The notes: generated by a model from the letters alone, not told the origin. 64,000 nt of DNA from Candidatus Aminicenantes bacterium UBA2190 (GCA_002335385.1 DCVK01000016.1:11224-75223); one strand, 5' to 3'. Shown: positions 18,053-27,424, counted from the stretch's first letter. Numbers and translations are program-made.

Positions 18053-21000
18053 ATGAAGAACGCGCGTCTTTCCCTCTTCCTCATTTTCGCCGCCTGCGCG
18101 GCCCTGGCTTGGGCCGCTGAGCAGCCGGCCGAGCCCCGGTTCATGACCCATCCCGACATCCACGGCGGCCAGGTCGTCTTCGTCTACGAGGGCAACCTGT
18201 GGCTGGTCCCTGATGCCGGCGGCACCGCACGGCGGCTGACCAGCTTCCCCGGCAGCGCCGTCGCCCCCAAGTTCTCCCCCGACGGGCGCTGGATCGCCTT
18301 CAGCGCCGACTACGACGGGCCGCAGTCGGTCTACCTGATCCCCGCCGCCGGCGGCGAGCCGCGGCGCCTGACCTGGCAGCCGGGCAGCCTGCAGGCCGTG
18401 GCCTGGACCCCCGACGGCCGGCGCGTGGTGTTCCGCGCCGATACCGAGCAGTTCATCCACCGCGACCCCAACCTCTATTGGGTGGCGCTGGACGGCACCG
18501 TGCCCGAGCGCCTGCCCGTCGACCGCGGCACCCTGTGCAGCTTCTCCGCCGACGGCAGCGAGATGTTCTTCACGCGCAAGGGCAACGAGGAGTACCAGTG
18601 GAAGCGCTACCAGGGCGGCCAGCACACCGACATCTGGCACTTCGACTTCAAGAACCGCCGCTTCACCCCGGTATCCGCCTACACCGGCAAGAACGCCTAC
18701 CCGATGTGGATCGGCGACGCCCTGTATTTCGTCTCCGACCGCGAGGGCGGCATCGCCAACCTCTACCGGCGCGACAACGCCTCCAAGGCGGTGACGCGGG
18801 TGACGGCCCACGAAAAATACGACGTGATGATGCCGGAAACCGACGGCGGGAGCATTGTCTACGTCCAGGACGGCTTCCTCCATGTCCTCGATGTCCGCGC
18901 CGGGAGTTCGCGCAAGCTCGCCATCGACCTGCCCACGGACCGCTGGCGGCGGCGCGACCGCTGGGTCGACGCCCGCGGCACCATCCACGGCATGGACGTG
19001 GGCAGCGACGGTAAAGCCGTCCTGCTCGAAGCCCGCGGCGACATTTTCCTGCTGCCCACCGGCAAGGGTGGTGCGGTGCGGAACCTGACGCAGACCCCCG
19101 GGTCGCGCGAGATCCACCCGCGCCTCTCGCCCGACGGCCAATGGCTGGCCTTTTTCTCGGACCGTAGCGGCGAGTACCAGCTCTACATGCGCCGGGTCGC
19201 GGGCGGCGACTGGGTCCAGCTCACCCAGACCCTGGACCGCGCCGTTTACCGGCTGGCCTGGTCCCCCGACGGCAAAAAAATCCTCTTCGGCAACAAGGAC
19301 CTGGCCGTCTTCCTCTGTGACATCGAGAAAAAGCAGCTGACCAAGATCGACGAGGTGAACCAGCTGAAGAACGACGAGTTCACCTGGGAGATTGACGACT
19401 ACTCCTGGTCCCCCGACAGCCGCTGGGTGTGCTACAGCATGGTGGCCCGCAACCGCAACAGCCAGGTTTACCTGTATCACCTGGAGGAAAAGAAAAAAGT
19501 CACCCTGACCGACGATTTTTACAACAATCTCAATCCCTGCTTCGATGCCAACGGCGATTATCTCTATTACCTGTCCAGCCGCAACTTCGAGGTGGGCATG
19601 GACTTTTACGAGGACAACCACGTCATCGCCCGGCCGTTCCAGGTGATGGCCGTGCAGTTGCAATCCGGCCGGAAGCCGCCCTTCGCCGAAGACGGCGGGG
19701 ACGCGGAAGCTGCCACGGCGGCCCCGGCGCTGCCCATGCGCGTCGACCTGGAGGGCCTGGCCGCGCGCACTTTCCCCCTCCCTGTTCCGGCGGGGAATCA
19801 CTTCTTCCTTCGCGCCGGCAGAGGCAAGGTGGCCTGGTGCTCGGTGCCCGAGTTCGGCGATGACGAGTACGAGGAGATCTTCAAGCCCCGGGGCGACGTC
19901 AAGTGGACGCTGCACCTCTTCGACATGAAGGAGAAGAAGGCGGTCGCCGTCGAGGAGAAGATCGGCGACTACGCGCTTTCGGTCAACGGCGAGCACGTCC
20001 TCATCGCCCGGGGCACGGATTATTTCGTCTCGAACCTGGGCAAGCTGTTCGTTGAGAAAAAGACGGCGGGCAAGCTCTCCCTGGACGGCATGGCCTGCTA
20101 CGTCGACACCCTGGCCGAGTGGAGCCAGATCTTCAACGATGCCTGGCGCTGGTATCGCGATTTCTTCTACGACGCCGGCATGCACGGGCAGGATTGGCGG
20201 GAGGTCGGCGCGCGCTACCGCGCCTTGATCCCGCAGCTGTCGTCGCGTTCCGGCCTCAACTGGCTGCTGTCGCAGATGGTCGGCGAACTGTGCGTCGGCC
20301 ACGCCTACATCCGCGGCGGCGACATGGGCGGCGTCAAGCTGCCCGATAGTCCCGTCTTCACCGGCCGCCTGGGCGCCGACCTGGCGTATGACCCGGCCGC
20401 CGGTCTTTTCCGCTTCGAGCGCATCTACGGCCCCAGTTCGCACAACCTCGACCTGGTGGCGCCACTGGCCCGACCCGACATCGCGGTCAAGGAGGGGGAT
20501 TACCTGATCGCCATCAACGGCCAGGCGCTGCAGAAAAACGAGGATTACCACCGCCGGCTGCAGGTGGCCAAGGGGCAACAGGTGTCCCTGACGGTGAATT
20601 CGCGCCCCGCGCTGCAGGGCGCCCGCACCTACGAGGTCGAGCCGCTGGCCTTCGACCGCCACCTGCGCTACGACCGCTGGCTGACCGGCAACATCGAGAA
20701 AGTGCGCCGGGCCACGGGCGGCCGGGTGGGCTACATGCACATCAACGCCATGGGCGTGCGCAATATCGGCGAGTTCGACAAGTTCTGGCGCGCCTTCCGC
20801 ACCAAGGAGGGCATCATCATCGACGTGCGCCGCAACTCGGGCGGCTGGACCGAGTACTTCATGATCGACAAGCTGGAACGGCAGCAGGTGGCGTTCAACG
20901 TGCTGCGCGGCATGGAACCGTTCGTCTATCCCGGCAGCGTCGGCCCGCAGAACTACGTGGCCGTCTCCAACGAGTACAACGGCTCCGACGGCGAGGCCTT

Positions 21001-21325
21001 CATCCAGCACTTCCAGGCGCGCCGCCTGGGGCCGGTCGTCGGCACCCCCTCCTGGGGCGGCCTGGTCGGCATCGTCAACGGCCAGCGCACGATCGACAAC
21101 GGCATGGTGCAGCAGCCCAACAACGCCTTCTACGGCAAGGAAGGGGAATGGTGGGTGGAGAACCGCGGCGCCATCCCCGACATCGAAGTGGAGAACGACC
21201 CCAACCTGGTCATGGCCGGCCGCGACCCGCAGCTGGAAAAGGCCATCGAGGTCGTCCTGGCGCAGATCGAAAAGAACAAGGAGAACCGGCTGCCGCCCGT
21301 CCCCGCCTACCCCGACAAGCGCTAG
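18053..21325 (+). CDS. Tricorn protease homolog (S41 family: beta-propellers, PDZ, peptidase), with a signal peptide
   Basis: Repeated PD40-type motifs FSPDGRWIAFSADYDG / LSPDGQWLAFFSDRSGEYQLY / WSPDGKKILF, and the S41 core IIIDVRRNSGGWTEYFMIDKL. N-terminus MKNARLSLFLIFAACAALAWA. Confidence 0.9.
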   Translation: MKNARLSLFLIFAACAALAWAAEQPAEPRFMTHPDIHGGQVVFVYEGNLWLVPDAGGTARRLTSFPGSAVAPKFSPDGRWIAFSADYDGPQSVYLIPAAGGEPRRLTWQPGSLQAVAWTPDGRRVVFRADTEQFIHRDPNLYWVALDGTVPERLPVDRGTLCSFSADGSEMFFTRKGNEEYQWKRYQGGQHTDIWHFDFKNRRFTPVSAYTGKNAYPMWIGDALYFVSDREGGIANLYRRDNASKAVTRVTAHEKYDVMMPETDGGSIVYVQDGFLHVLDVRAGSSRKLAIDLPTDRWRRRDRWVDARGTIHGMDVGSDGKAVLLEARGDIFLLPTGKGGAVRNLTQTPGSREIHPRLSPDGQWLAFFSDRSGEYQLYMRRVAGGDWVQLTQTLDRAVYRLAWSPDGKKILFGNKDLAVFLCDIEKKQLTKIDEVNQLKNDEFTWEIDDYSWSPDSRWVCYSMVARNRNSQVYLYHLEEKKKVTLTDDFYNNLNPCFDANGDYLYYLSSRNFEVGMDFYEDNHVIARPFQVMAVQLQSGRKPPFAEDGGDAEAATAAPALPMRVDLEGLAARTFPLPVPAGNHFFLRAGRGKVAWCSVPEFGDDEYEEIFKPRGDVKWTLHLFDMKEKKAVAVEEKIGDYALSVNGEHVLIARGTDYFVSNLGKLFVEKKTAGKLSLDGMACYVDTLAEWSQIFNDAWRWYRDFFYDAGMHGQDWREVGARYRALIPQLSSRSGLNWLLSQMVGELCVGHAYIRGGDMGGVKLPDSPVFTGRLGADLAYDPAAGLFRFERIYGPSSHNLDLVAPLARPDIAVKEGDYLIAINGQALQKNEDYHRRLQVAKGQQVSLTVNSRPALQGARTYEVEPLAFDRHLRYDRWLTGNIEKVRRATGGRVGYMHINAMGVRNIGEFDKFWRAFRTKEGIIIDVRRNSGGWTEYFMIDKLERQQVAFNVLRGMEPFVYPGSVGPQNYVAVSNEYNGSDGEAFIQHFQARRLGPVVGTPSWGGLVGIVNGQRTIDNGMVQQPNNAFYGKEGEWWVENRGAIPDIEVENDPNLVMAGRDPQLEKAIEVVLAQIEKNKENRLPPVPAYPDKR

Positions 21326-21373
21326 CCGTATCTGCAGCGGAGTGGCACGACGCGCCGTGCCCCTGCGCGCGAC

Positions 21374-22267
21374 TCACCCGTACCGGACATCGATGCGGCA
21401 GGCAAGGCTATCCAAGCCCGAGCTTGAGGCAAGGCGAAATATTTTTTCTATCATTTCAGGATGTTCAGGAAGTTTTTCCTCCAGGCCGGCTTTTAAATGC
21501 TGTAAAAGGGTTTCGTCTCTTGGATAGGATGGTTTCATTACATAACAATCCATCGCTTGCTTTCGCCAGAGGCTGTCTTCTGAAATCTCAAGGAAGGAAG
21601 CCAGCTTGTCAAGGAAAGCAGGATGAAATTCATTTTGAAGAAATGAAAGGAATCGCCGGGGATATTTGGACTCGAGATCAAGAAACCATGCGATTTCGGA
21701 AAGTATTGCGTTCAGCACTGTTGTGAGGGAGTACTCACTGATCGTCTTGAAGAGCTTATGATGCTTCGTTTTCATGTTTGAAATGGCAGTATCAAGAGGA
21801 TCTCTGATGGGCAGGAGGAATTTTATTTTTGGATTCAGCAAAAATATTTTTTCGAAATCAGCATGATTCTCTTTCAGCACATTCGCCATGCGCAGGGATT
21901 CCTTCCAGAAAAAGCATGTGATTTCCTTTTTCATGAGGGAGGTGCCGAATCTGGCAGCATAGGCATCGCGCAGAAGAACGCTATCAAAGGCATGGGAAAA
22001 TGTGATGGAGCCCCCATGATCACCCCGCTCTCCGGAATCCGAGATGGAAAGAGCATAGGATATGAAATCATGGAAAGCTTTCTCAGAGCAGGTGGAAATG
22101 AAATTTCTTGACTCATCGGCAAAAACCCTATCCATTGCGTGATTTAAAACCTGGCATTCCGGATGCAAGAAAGCAATGCTTGCGGTCAGGGTTGTCAGAT
22201 TCCTGTACGGACCCAGCATGATACATACGGTTTTAAGGGTGTTGGGGAGAAAAGGAACGCCATTCAT
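21374..22267 (-). CDS. Sulfotransferase-family protein (tentative), encoded in a low-GC island
   Basis: N-terminal loop IMLGPYRNLTTLTAS resembles the 5'-PSB loop. LPIRDPLDTAISNMK resembles the 3'-PB motif RDPxDxxxS. GC of sampled lines is 37-40%, against 65% in the flanks. Confidence 0.5.
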   Translation of the reverse strand: MNGVPFLPNTLKTVCIMLGPYRNLTTLTASIAFLHPECQVLNHAMDRVFADESRNFISTCSEKAFHDFISYALSISDSGERGDHGGSITFSHAFDSVLLRDAYAARFGTSLMKKEITCFFWKESLRMANVLKENHADFEKIFLLNPKIKFLLPIRDPLDTAISNMKTKHHKLFKTISEYSLTTVLNAILSEIAWFLDLESKYPRRFLSFLQNEFHPAFLDKLASFLEISEDSLWRKQAMDCYVMKPSYPRDETLLQHLKAGLEEKLPEHPEMIEKIFRLASSSGLDSLACRIDVRYG

Positions 22268-22520
22268 GTTTTTTTGTCCTTTTGCGTCGGTTTTTCAGTG
22301 TTTCTGGGGAAATAATTTTTCTTGCAAAAACATATGTGATGCCAAGAACATTTGCCAGTTTTTTGTCATCACAACATTCTTGGCGTTTATCCAGAAAATA
22401 CGGGATAAGATAGTTTGACAGATGAATCTTTTTGAGAAGGCTCAGCGCAGTGTCAATTGAAGGTCTTCTGCCGTCGGTCATATCGCTTGAACAACGGACA
22501 GGAAAATCCATTTCCCGCAT
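22233..22520 (-). CDS. Hypothetical 95-aa ORF in the low-GC island (a separate gene, or an N-terminal piece of the downstream gene)
   Basis: Same AT-rich composition as the neighbouring gene. Overlaps the sulfotransferase-like ORF by 35 nt in a different frame, across an A7 run. No family recognised. Confidence 0.3.
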   Translation of the reverse strand: MREMDFPVRCSSDMTDGRRPSIDTALSLLKKIHLSNYLIPYFLDKRQECCDDKKLANVLGITYVFARKIISPETLKNRRKRTKKHEWRSFSPQHP

Positions 22521-22606
22521 GAGGGGATTCTAAGAGGAATTTGATGAAACTGCAACCGCGGAGTGCGGATCCCTTCCCCAGGCCATGAAATCACCCGGCA
22601 CTGCCG

Positions 22607-24259
22607 TCAGAACAGGCCGCTGATGTTGCCGTCGGCATCGATGTCAATGCTCTCGGCCGCCGGCTCCCTGGGCAGGCCGGGCATGAGCATGATCTCGCCG
22701 CAGACCGCCACCACGAAACCGGCGCCGGCGGAGAGGAAGAGGCGGTCGACGTCGACGTCGAAATCGCGGGGCCGGCCCAGGGCCTTCGGATCGTCGGAGA
22801 GCGAGTTGGGGGTCTTGGCGATGATCACGTGCAGCTTGTCGTACCCCAGGTCGGTCAGCAGCTCGATGTCCTTGCGCGCCTGGCGGGTGTAGTTGATGCG
22901 GGCGGCGCCGTACATGCGGGTGGCGATGGCCTCGATCTTCTTCACAATGCCCCATTCCGGTTCATAGATGGGCTTGACCCGGGCCCCGGAGCGCGTGGCC
23001 GCTTCGACCGCCCCGGCCAGGTCCAGGCAGCCCTCGCCGCCCTTGTTGAACGGGTCGCTGACAAAGGCTTTGACCTTGCGGGCGGCGGCATGACGGACGG
23101 TGAGCTGGAGTTCCTCGGCGTCGTTGTCGGGGAAATAATTGATGGCCACCACCAGGGGGACGCCGAAGGTCTGCATGTTCTCGATGTGCTTGTCCAGATT
23201 GTCGAAACCCTTGACCAGGGCCTCAAGATTCTTCTCGGCCAGGTTTTCCTTCCCGGCGCCGCCGTGGTACTTCAGCGCGCGCAGGGTGGTGACCAGCACC
23301 ACCGCGTCCACGTTGAATTTTCCCGTGCGGCTGACGAAATTCATGAACTTCTCCCCGCCCAGTTCCGAGGCAAAGCCGGCTTCGGTGACCGTGACCTGGG
23401 AAAGGGCCTGGGCCAGGCGGATGGCCTGGATGGAATTGGTGCCATGGGCGATATTGGCGAATGGACCGCCGTGGATGATGGCCGGGGTACCCTCCAGGGT
23501 TTGCACCAGGTTGGGCTTGATGGCGTCCTTGAGCAGCAGTGCCATGGACCCGACGGCCTTGAGGTCGGCGGCGGTGACGGGCTTGTTCTTCGAGGTATAG
23601 CCGACGACCATGCGCGCCAGGCGGTCCTTCAGGTCCTGGAAATCCTCGGCCAGGCAGAGCACGGCCATGACCTCCGATGCCACCGAGATGTTGAAGGCGT
23701 CCTCGCGGGCGAAGCCGTTCTGGCGGCCGCCCAGGCCGATGACGATCTCGCGCAGGGCGCGGTCGTTCATGTCGATGACCCGGCGCCAGGCGATGCGCCG
23801 CGTGTCGATGCCCAGGCGGTTGCCATGCTGGATATGGTTGTCGATCATCGCCGCCAGCAGGTTGTTGGCGGTGGTGACGGCGTGGATGTCGCCGGTGAAA
23901 TGCAGGTCGATCTCGTCGGCGGGCAGCACCTGCGAGGCGCCGCCGCCGGTGGCGCCGCCCTTCATGCCGAACACCGGGCCCAGCGAGGGCTCGCGCAGGG
24001 TGACGATCGAGCGGACGCCGATGCGGTTCAGGGCCATCGACAGGCCGATGGCCATGGTGGTCTTGCCCTCGCCGGCGGGGGTGGGCGTGGTGGCGGTGAC
24101 CAGCACCTGGCGGCCGCAGCTTTCGCAGCGGGCCAGGCGCCGGGCCAGCGACGGCTCCAGTTTGGCTTTATAAGGCCCGTAATAATACAACTCCGCCTCA
24201 GCGATGCCGAAACGGGCGGCCATCTCCTTGATCGGAAGCATTTTTTCGGCCATGTTCAT
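22607..24259 (-). CDS. fhs: Formate--tetrahydrofolate ligase
   Basis: Motifs VTATTPTPAGEGKTT, EPSLGPVFGMKGGATGGG, IHGGPFANIAHG. The 550-aa length is typical. Confidence 0.95.
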   Translation of the reverse strand: MNMAEKMLPIKEMAARFGIAEAELYYYGPYKAKLEPSLARRLARCESCGRQVLVTATTPTPAGEGKTTMAIGLSMALNRIGVRSIVTLREPSLGPVFGMKGGATGGGASQVLPADEIDLHFTGDIHAVTTANNLLAAMIDNHIQHGNRLGIDTRRIAWRRVIDMNDRALREIVIGLGGRQNGFAREDAFNISVASEVMAVLCLAEDFQDLKDRLARMVVGYTSKNKPVTAADLKAVGSMALLLKDAIKPNLVQTLEGTPAIIHGGPFANIAHGTNSIQAIRLAQALSQVTVTEAGFASELGGEKFMNFVSRTGKFNVDAVVLVTTLRALKYHGGAGKENLAEKNLEALVKGFDNLDKHIENMQTFGVPLVVAINYFPDNDAEELQLTVRHAAARKVKAFVSDPFNKGGEGCLDLAGAVEAATRSGARVKPIYEPEWGIVKKIEAIATRMYGAARINYTRQARKDIELLTDLGYDKLHVIIAKTPNSLSDDPKALGRPRDFDVDVDRLFLSAGAGFVVAVCGEIMLMPGLPREPAAESIDIDADGNISGLF

Positions 24260-24314
24260 CCCCTCCTAGTTTCCTGTTCCCGGGCCGCCGGCGGCGCGGA
24301 CGGCCGCCGGATCA

Positions 24315-26489
24315 TCAGGCCGGCAGCTCGATGGTGAAGCGCGCCCCATGCGGCGGGTTGTCGCTGATCGAGATCATGCCGTTGTGCTCCTCGATGATGT
24401 TGTGGGCGATGGCCAGCCCCAGCCCGGTGCCGCCCTGGCTTTTCTTGGAGAAATAGGGCTGGAACACCTTCTGCTTGTCCTCGTCGCTGATGCCCGGGCC
24501 GTTGTCGGCGATCTCGACGGTGAGGAACCTGCTCTCGGCGTTGTAGCGCGTGACGATCCCGATCTCGCCCTGGTTGCCCATGACCTGCAGGGCGTTGTCC
24601 AGGATGTTGACGAAGACCCGCTTGATCTGCTCTACGTCCAGCTTGACCAGCGCCGGCAGGTCCACGTCGAAGGCGACCTTGAACTGGACGTTCTGGTAGA
24701 CCGAGGTGTAGGTGGCCACCAGCTTCTCCAGGATGTCGTTGACGTCGCCCTGGGTGAACTTGATCTCGGGCAGGCGGGCGAAGTTGGCGAACTCCTCGGC
24801 CAGGTTCTTGATCGAGTCCAGCTCCTGGGAGATGATGTTCAGGCTGTCCTCGACGATGGCGCGGAACTTCTCCGGCGGCTGGTCCAGGCTGCGCATGATG
24901 CGCTGCGAGGAGATCTGGATGGGCGTGAGCGGGTTCTTGATCTCGTGGGCGATGCGCTTGGCCACTTCGCGCCAGACCAGCATGCGCTGGGCCTTGATCA
25001 GCTCGGTCAGGTCGGTCAGCACCACCAGCAGCCCGGCGAAGCGGCTGTTGATCGGGTTGCGCAGCTGGGTGATCTTGACGGCCAGGTTGATGTACTGGCC
25101 CTGCAGCTTGACGTCGACCTCCTTTTCGATGAGCTTGAAGCGCGCGGCGAAGGCCTTCTTGACCAGGGCATGGATGTCGCCGTAGAGCGACTCGGAGATC
25201 ACCTCGGCGTAGTTCTTGCGCACCGCCGTCTCCGGGTCCAGCGACAGCATGCGCGCCGCCTCGTTGTTGATGACCATGATGTCGCCGCGCAGGTTCAGGG
25301 CCATGACGCCGGTGGTGATGTTCTTGAGGATGGTCTCGATGATGCTGCGGCGGTGGCGCAGCTCGATGGTGCGCCGGTTCAGCTTGTCGCGGTTGTCCTT
25401 CAGGTCGATGGCCATGCGGTTGAACTCATTGATCAGGGTGTTGAACTCGTCCTTGGTCTCGTAGTCGATGCGCACGTCCAGGTTGCCCTTGGCGATCTCG
25501 GAGGTGGCCGTGACCAGCTTCTCGATGGGCACGGTGATGCCCTTGGCCAGGTAGAAGCCCAGCCAGGAGGCGGAGAAGATGATCAGGATGGTGATGAACA
25601 AAAAGAGCAGGATGTAGGTGTTCTTGACCGGGTCGCGCAGGACGCGCATCTGGTTGTGCTTGCTGACCATGCCGGCCAGGGAGTTCAGGCTGCGCGTGTA
25701 GCTGTCCGGGAAGTATTTCCCGGTGATGATCAGCATCTTGTCGCCCTGCCCGATGTCGAAGGCCACGCCGTTGCGGATCAGCTCGGCCGATTTCAGCGTG
25801 TCGATGGTGGTGAAGCCGGCGCCGCCCAGGCCGCGGTAGACGACGTTCAGCGGCAGGTCCCGGTATTCCTGCATGGGGATGCGCGGGTGACAGATGGTGT
25901 AGACGTCCTTGCTGTTGCGGTAGAGGGTGACCACGTCGAGCTTGTATTCCAGCATCTTCTCCTTGAGCTTGTTCATCAGGAAGACCTTGTTCTCTTCGGC
26001 GTACATGCGCTTCTGCTGGATCATGGCGGCGATCAGGTTCGAGTAGTGCCGCAGGTCCTCGTTGATGTTGCCGTAGTAGTTGGTCTTGACCTCCTCGACG
26101 TTCTGCATGATGTTCTCGATGGGGGCCTTGAACCACTGCTCGATGCTCTGCGAGATGACGTCGGTGGCGAAGAAGAAGAGCAGCAGGGTGGGGACGATGG
26201 AGAAGGCGATGAAGAAGAAGACCAGCCGGTTCTTGAAGCTGTGGCCGGCGCCGCCCTGGTTGCGATCCAGGTACATCTTCAGGATGTTGCGCGCCAGGAT
26301 GAAAAGGAAAGTCAGGCCGAAGAGGATGATGATGATCCACAGGCCGAAGATCACGGTGTTGCTCTTCAGGGCCGGCGGCGAGAAGTTCTTGCTCTCCTCG
26401 AAATAGAGGCGCAGGATGACGAAAACGATGAAAGACATCACGAAAGCCGCCACGATCAGGCGCGTGCCCTTGACCTTCTTGCTCTTCAT
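24315..26489 (-). CDS. NtrY-like sensor histidine kinase (4 TM, HAMP, PAS, HisKA, HATPase_c)
   Basis: Start at MKSKKVKGTRLIVAAFVMSF. H-box AHEIKNPLTPIQISSQRI. ATPase boxes NILDNALQ, DNGPGI, GGTGLGLAI. No adjacent response regulator. Confidence 0.88.
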   Translation of the reverse strand: MKSKKVKGTRLIVAAFVMSFIVFVILRLYFEESKNFSPPALKSNTVIFGLWIIIILFGLTFLFILARNILKMYLDRNQGGAGHSFKNRLVFFFIAFSIVPTLLLFFFATDVISQSIEQWFKAPIENIMQNVEEVKTNYYGNINEDLRHYSNLIAAMIQQKRMYAEENKVFLMNKLKEKMLEYKLDVVTLYRNSKDVYTICHPRIPMQEYRDLPLNVVYRGLGGAGFTTIDTLKSAELIRNGVAFDIGQGDKMLIITGKYFPDSYTRSLNSLAGMVSKHNQMRVLRDPVKNTYILLFLFITILIIFSASWLGFYLAKGITVPIEKLVTATSEIAKGNLDVRIDYETKDEFNTLINEFNRMAIDLKDNRDKLNRRTIELRHRRSIIETILKNITTGVMALNLRGDIMVINNEAARMLSLDPETAVRKNYAEVISESLYGDIHALVKKAFAARFKLIEKEVDVKLQGQYINLAVKITQLRNPINSRFAGLLVVLTDLTELIKAQRMLVWREVAKRIAHEIKNPLTPIQISSQRIMRSLDQPPEKFRAIVEDSLNIISQELDSIKNLAEEFANFARLPEIKFTQGDVNDILEKLVATYTSVYQNVQFKVAFDVDLPALVKLDVEQIKRVFVNILDNALQVMGNQGEIGIVTRYNAESRFLTVEIADNGPGISDEDKQKVFQPYFSKKSQGGTGLGLAIAHNIIEEHNGMISISDNPPHGARFTIELPA

Positions 26490-26581
26490 TCCTCCACGTT
26501 CCTCGCCGCCGCGCGCCGTGAGCGGCCTGGGGACGGCGCATCCTGTCCAGCCAATGTAGCATGATTGGCCGCGCAGGTCAA

Positions 26582-26610
26582 TTGACAGGAACGGCAAAAA
26601 ATGATATGGG
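26582..26610 (+). promoter_or_regulatory. Candidate promoter for tRNA-Arg
   Basis: TTGACA, 17 nt spacer, TATGGG, ending 9 nt before the tRNA 5' end. The -10 element is weak. Confidence 0.3.
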
Positions 26611-26619
26611 TGTATCCTT

Positions 26620-26692
26620 GCGCCTGTAGCTCAAAGGATAGAGCATGGGATTCCTAATCCCAGGGTTGGATGTTCGAGTCATCTCAGGCGCA
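26620..26692 (+). tRNA. tRNA-Arg (anticodon CCT)
   Basis: Hand-folded cloverleaf: acceptor GCGCCTG/CAGGCGC, D arm GCTC..GAGC, anticodon arm TGGGA-TTCCTAA-TCCCA, T arm GGATG-TTCGAGT-CATCT, discriminator A. CCA is not encoded. Confidence 0.9.
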
Positions 26693-26707
26693 ATGGTGAG
26701 GTCAACC

Positions 26708-27379
26708 ATGAAGAAGAAGGAAAAGGAACACCTGAAGACCGACCCGTTCATCCGTTTTTTTGAAACGGCGTTCGCCTTCATCAAGAGCCATCGCCGCTGG
26801 ATCGTCATGGGCGCCGCCGCCGTCGCCCTGGTCGTCCTCGCCCTGATGCTGCTGCTCCTGTTCCGCAACCTGAGTTCCTCCGGCGAGAACACCCTGTACG
26901 CCGAGGCCTTCCGCGTGCGCAACGACGGCAAGATGACCCTGGACCAGAAGATCGCCGCCCTGCAAAAGATGAAATTCAAGCGGGGGATCTCGGCCTCCGG
27001 CCGGCTGTTCCTCGCCGCCCTGCACTACGAAAAGGGAGAGCTGGCCAAGGCCGAGGCCTTGCTGACCGCGATGCCCGCCAGCCGCCTGCGGCTGCTGAAC
27101 GACGAGAAGCACGCCCTGTATGCCCAGGTGCTGGCCGCCGGCGGCAAGAGCGCCGAGGCCGAGGCCGTGCTCAACCGCCTGCTGGCGGAGAAGAAGACCG
27201 TCCTGTCCCGGGAACTCATCCTGATCCAGCTGGCCAAGCTGCAGCGGAAGGACAGGCGCTACGCCGAGGCGGCCGCGACGCTCCAACGCGTCATCGCCGA
27301 GCATCCCGACACCCCGGGCGCCATGGAAGCGCAGAGCCTGCTGTCCACGATCGCGAACCCGGCTCCGACAGCCCCCTAG
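26708..27379 (+). CDS. Membrane-anchored TPR-like protein (YfgM-like)
   Basis: Start at MKKKEKEHLKTDPF (GGTGAGG RBS); the ORF-track start at 26645 lies inside the tRNA and is rejected. Single TM helix (WIVMGAAAVALVVLALMLLLLF), then helical repeats. Confidence 0.6.
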   Translation: MKKKEKEHLKTDPFIRFFETAFAFIKSHRRWIVMGAAAVALVVLALMLLLLFRNLSSSGENTLYAEAFRVRNDGKMTLDQKIAALQKMKFKRGISASGRLFLAALHYEKGELAKAEALLTAMPASRLRLLNDEKHALYAQVLAAGGKSAEAEAVLNRLLAEKKTVLSRELILIQLAKLQRKDRRYAEAAATLQRVIAEHPDTPGAMEAQSLLSTIANPAPTAP

Positions 27380-27395
27380 CCCCCGTCTTCTTCTA

Positions 27396-27424
27396 TTTAC
27401 AGCCCCGGCGAAGCGTGGCATAAT
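27396..27424 (+). promoter_or_regulatory. Sigma70-like promoter directly abutting the pyrK start codon
   Basis: TTTACA, 17 nt spacer, CATAAT. The -10 element ends 6 nt before ATG 27431, and no Shine-Dalgarno sequence lies between them. Confidence 0.4.

Noticed and set aside
18017-21010. 997-aa minus-strand ORF
   Set aside because: Antisense shadow of the tricorn protease gene. No recognisable motifs.
24348-26564. 738-aa plus-strand ORF (the same applies to 13650-15455, 40825-43311, 48807-50582, 16064-17467, 16096-17406 and 33916-36186)
   Set aside because: Each is antisense to, or out of frame with, a gene that has strong family signatures (NtrY-like kinase, yidC, pbpC, glycosyltransferase, pepT, asnS/C1 peptidase).
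26645-26707. ORF-track start of the YfgM-like gene at 26645
   Set aside because: These codons lie inside tRNA-Arg(CCT). An ATG at 26708 with an RBS gives the conserved KEHLKTDPF N-terminus.
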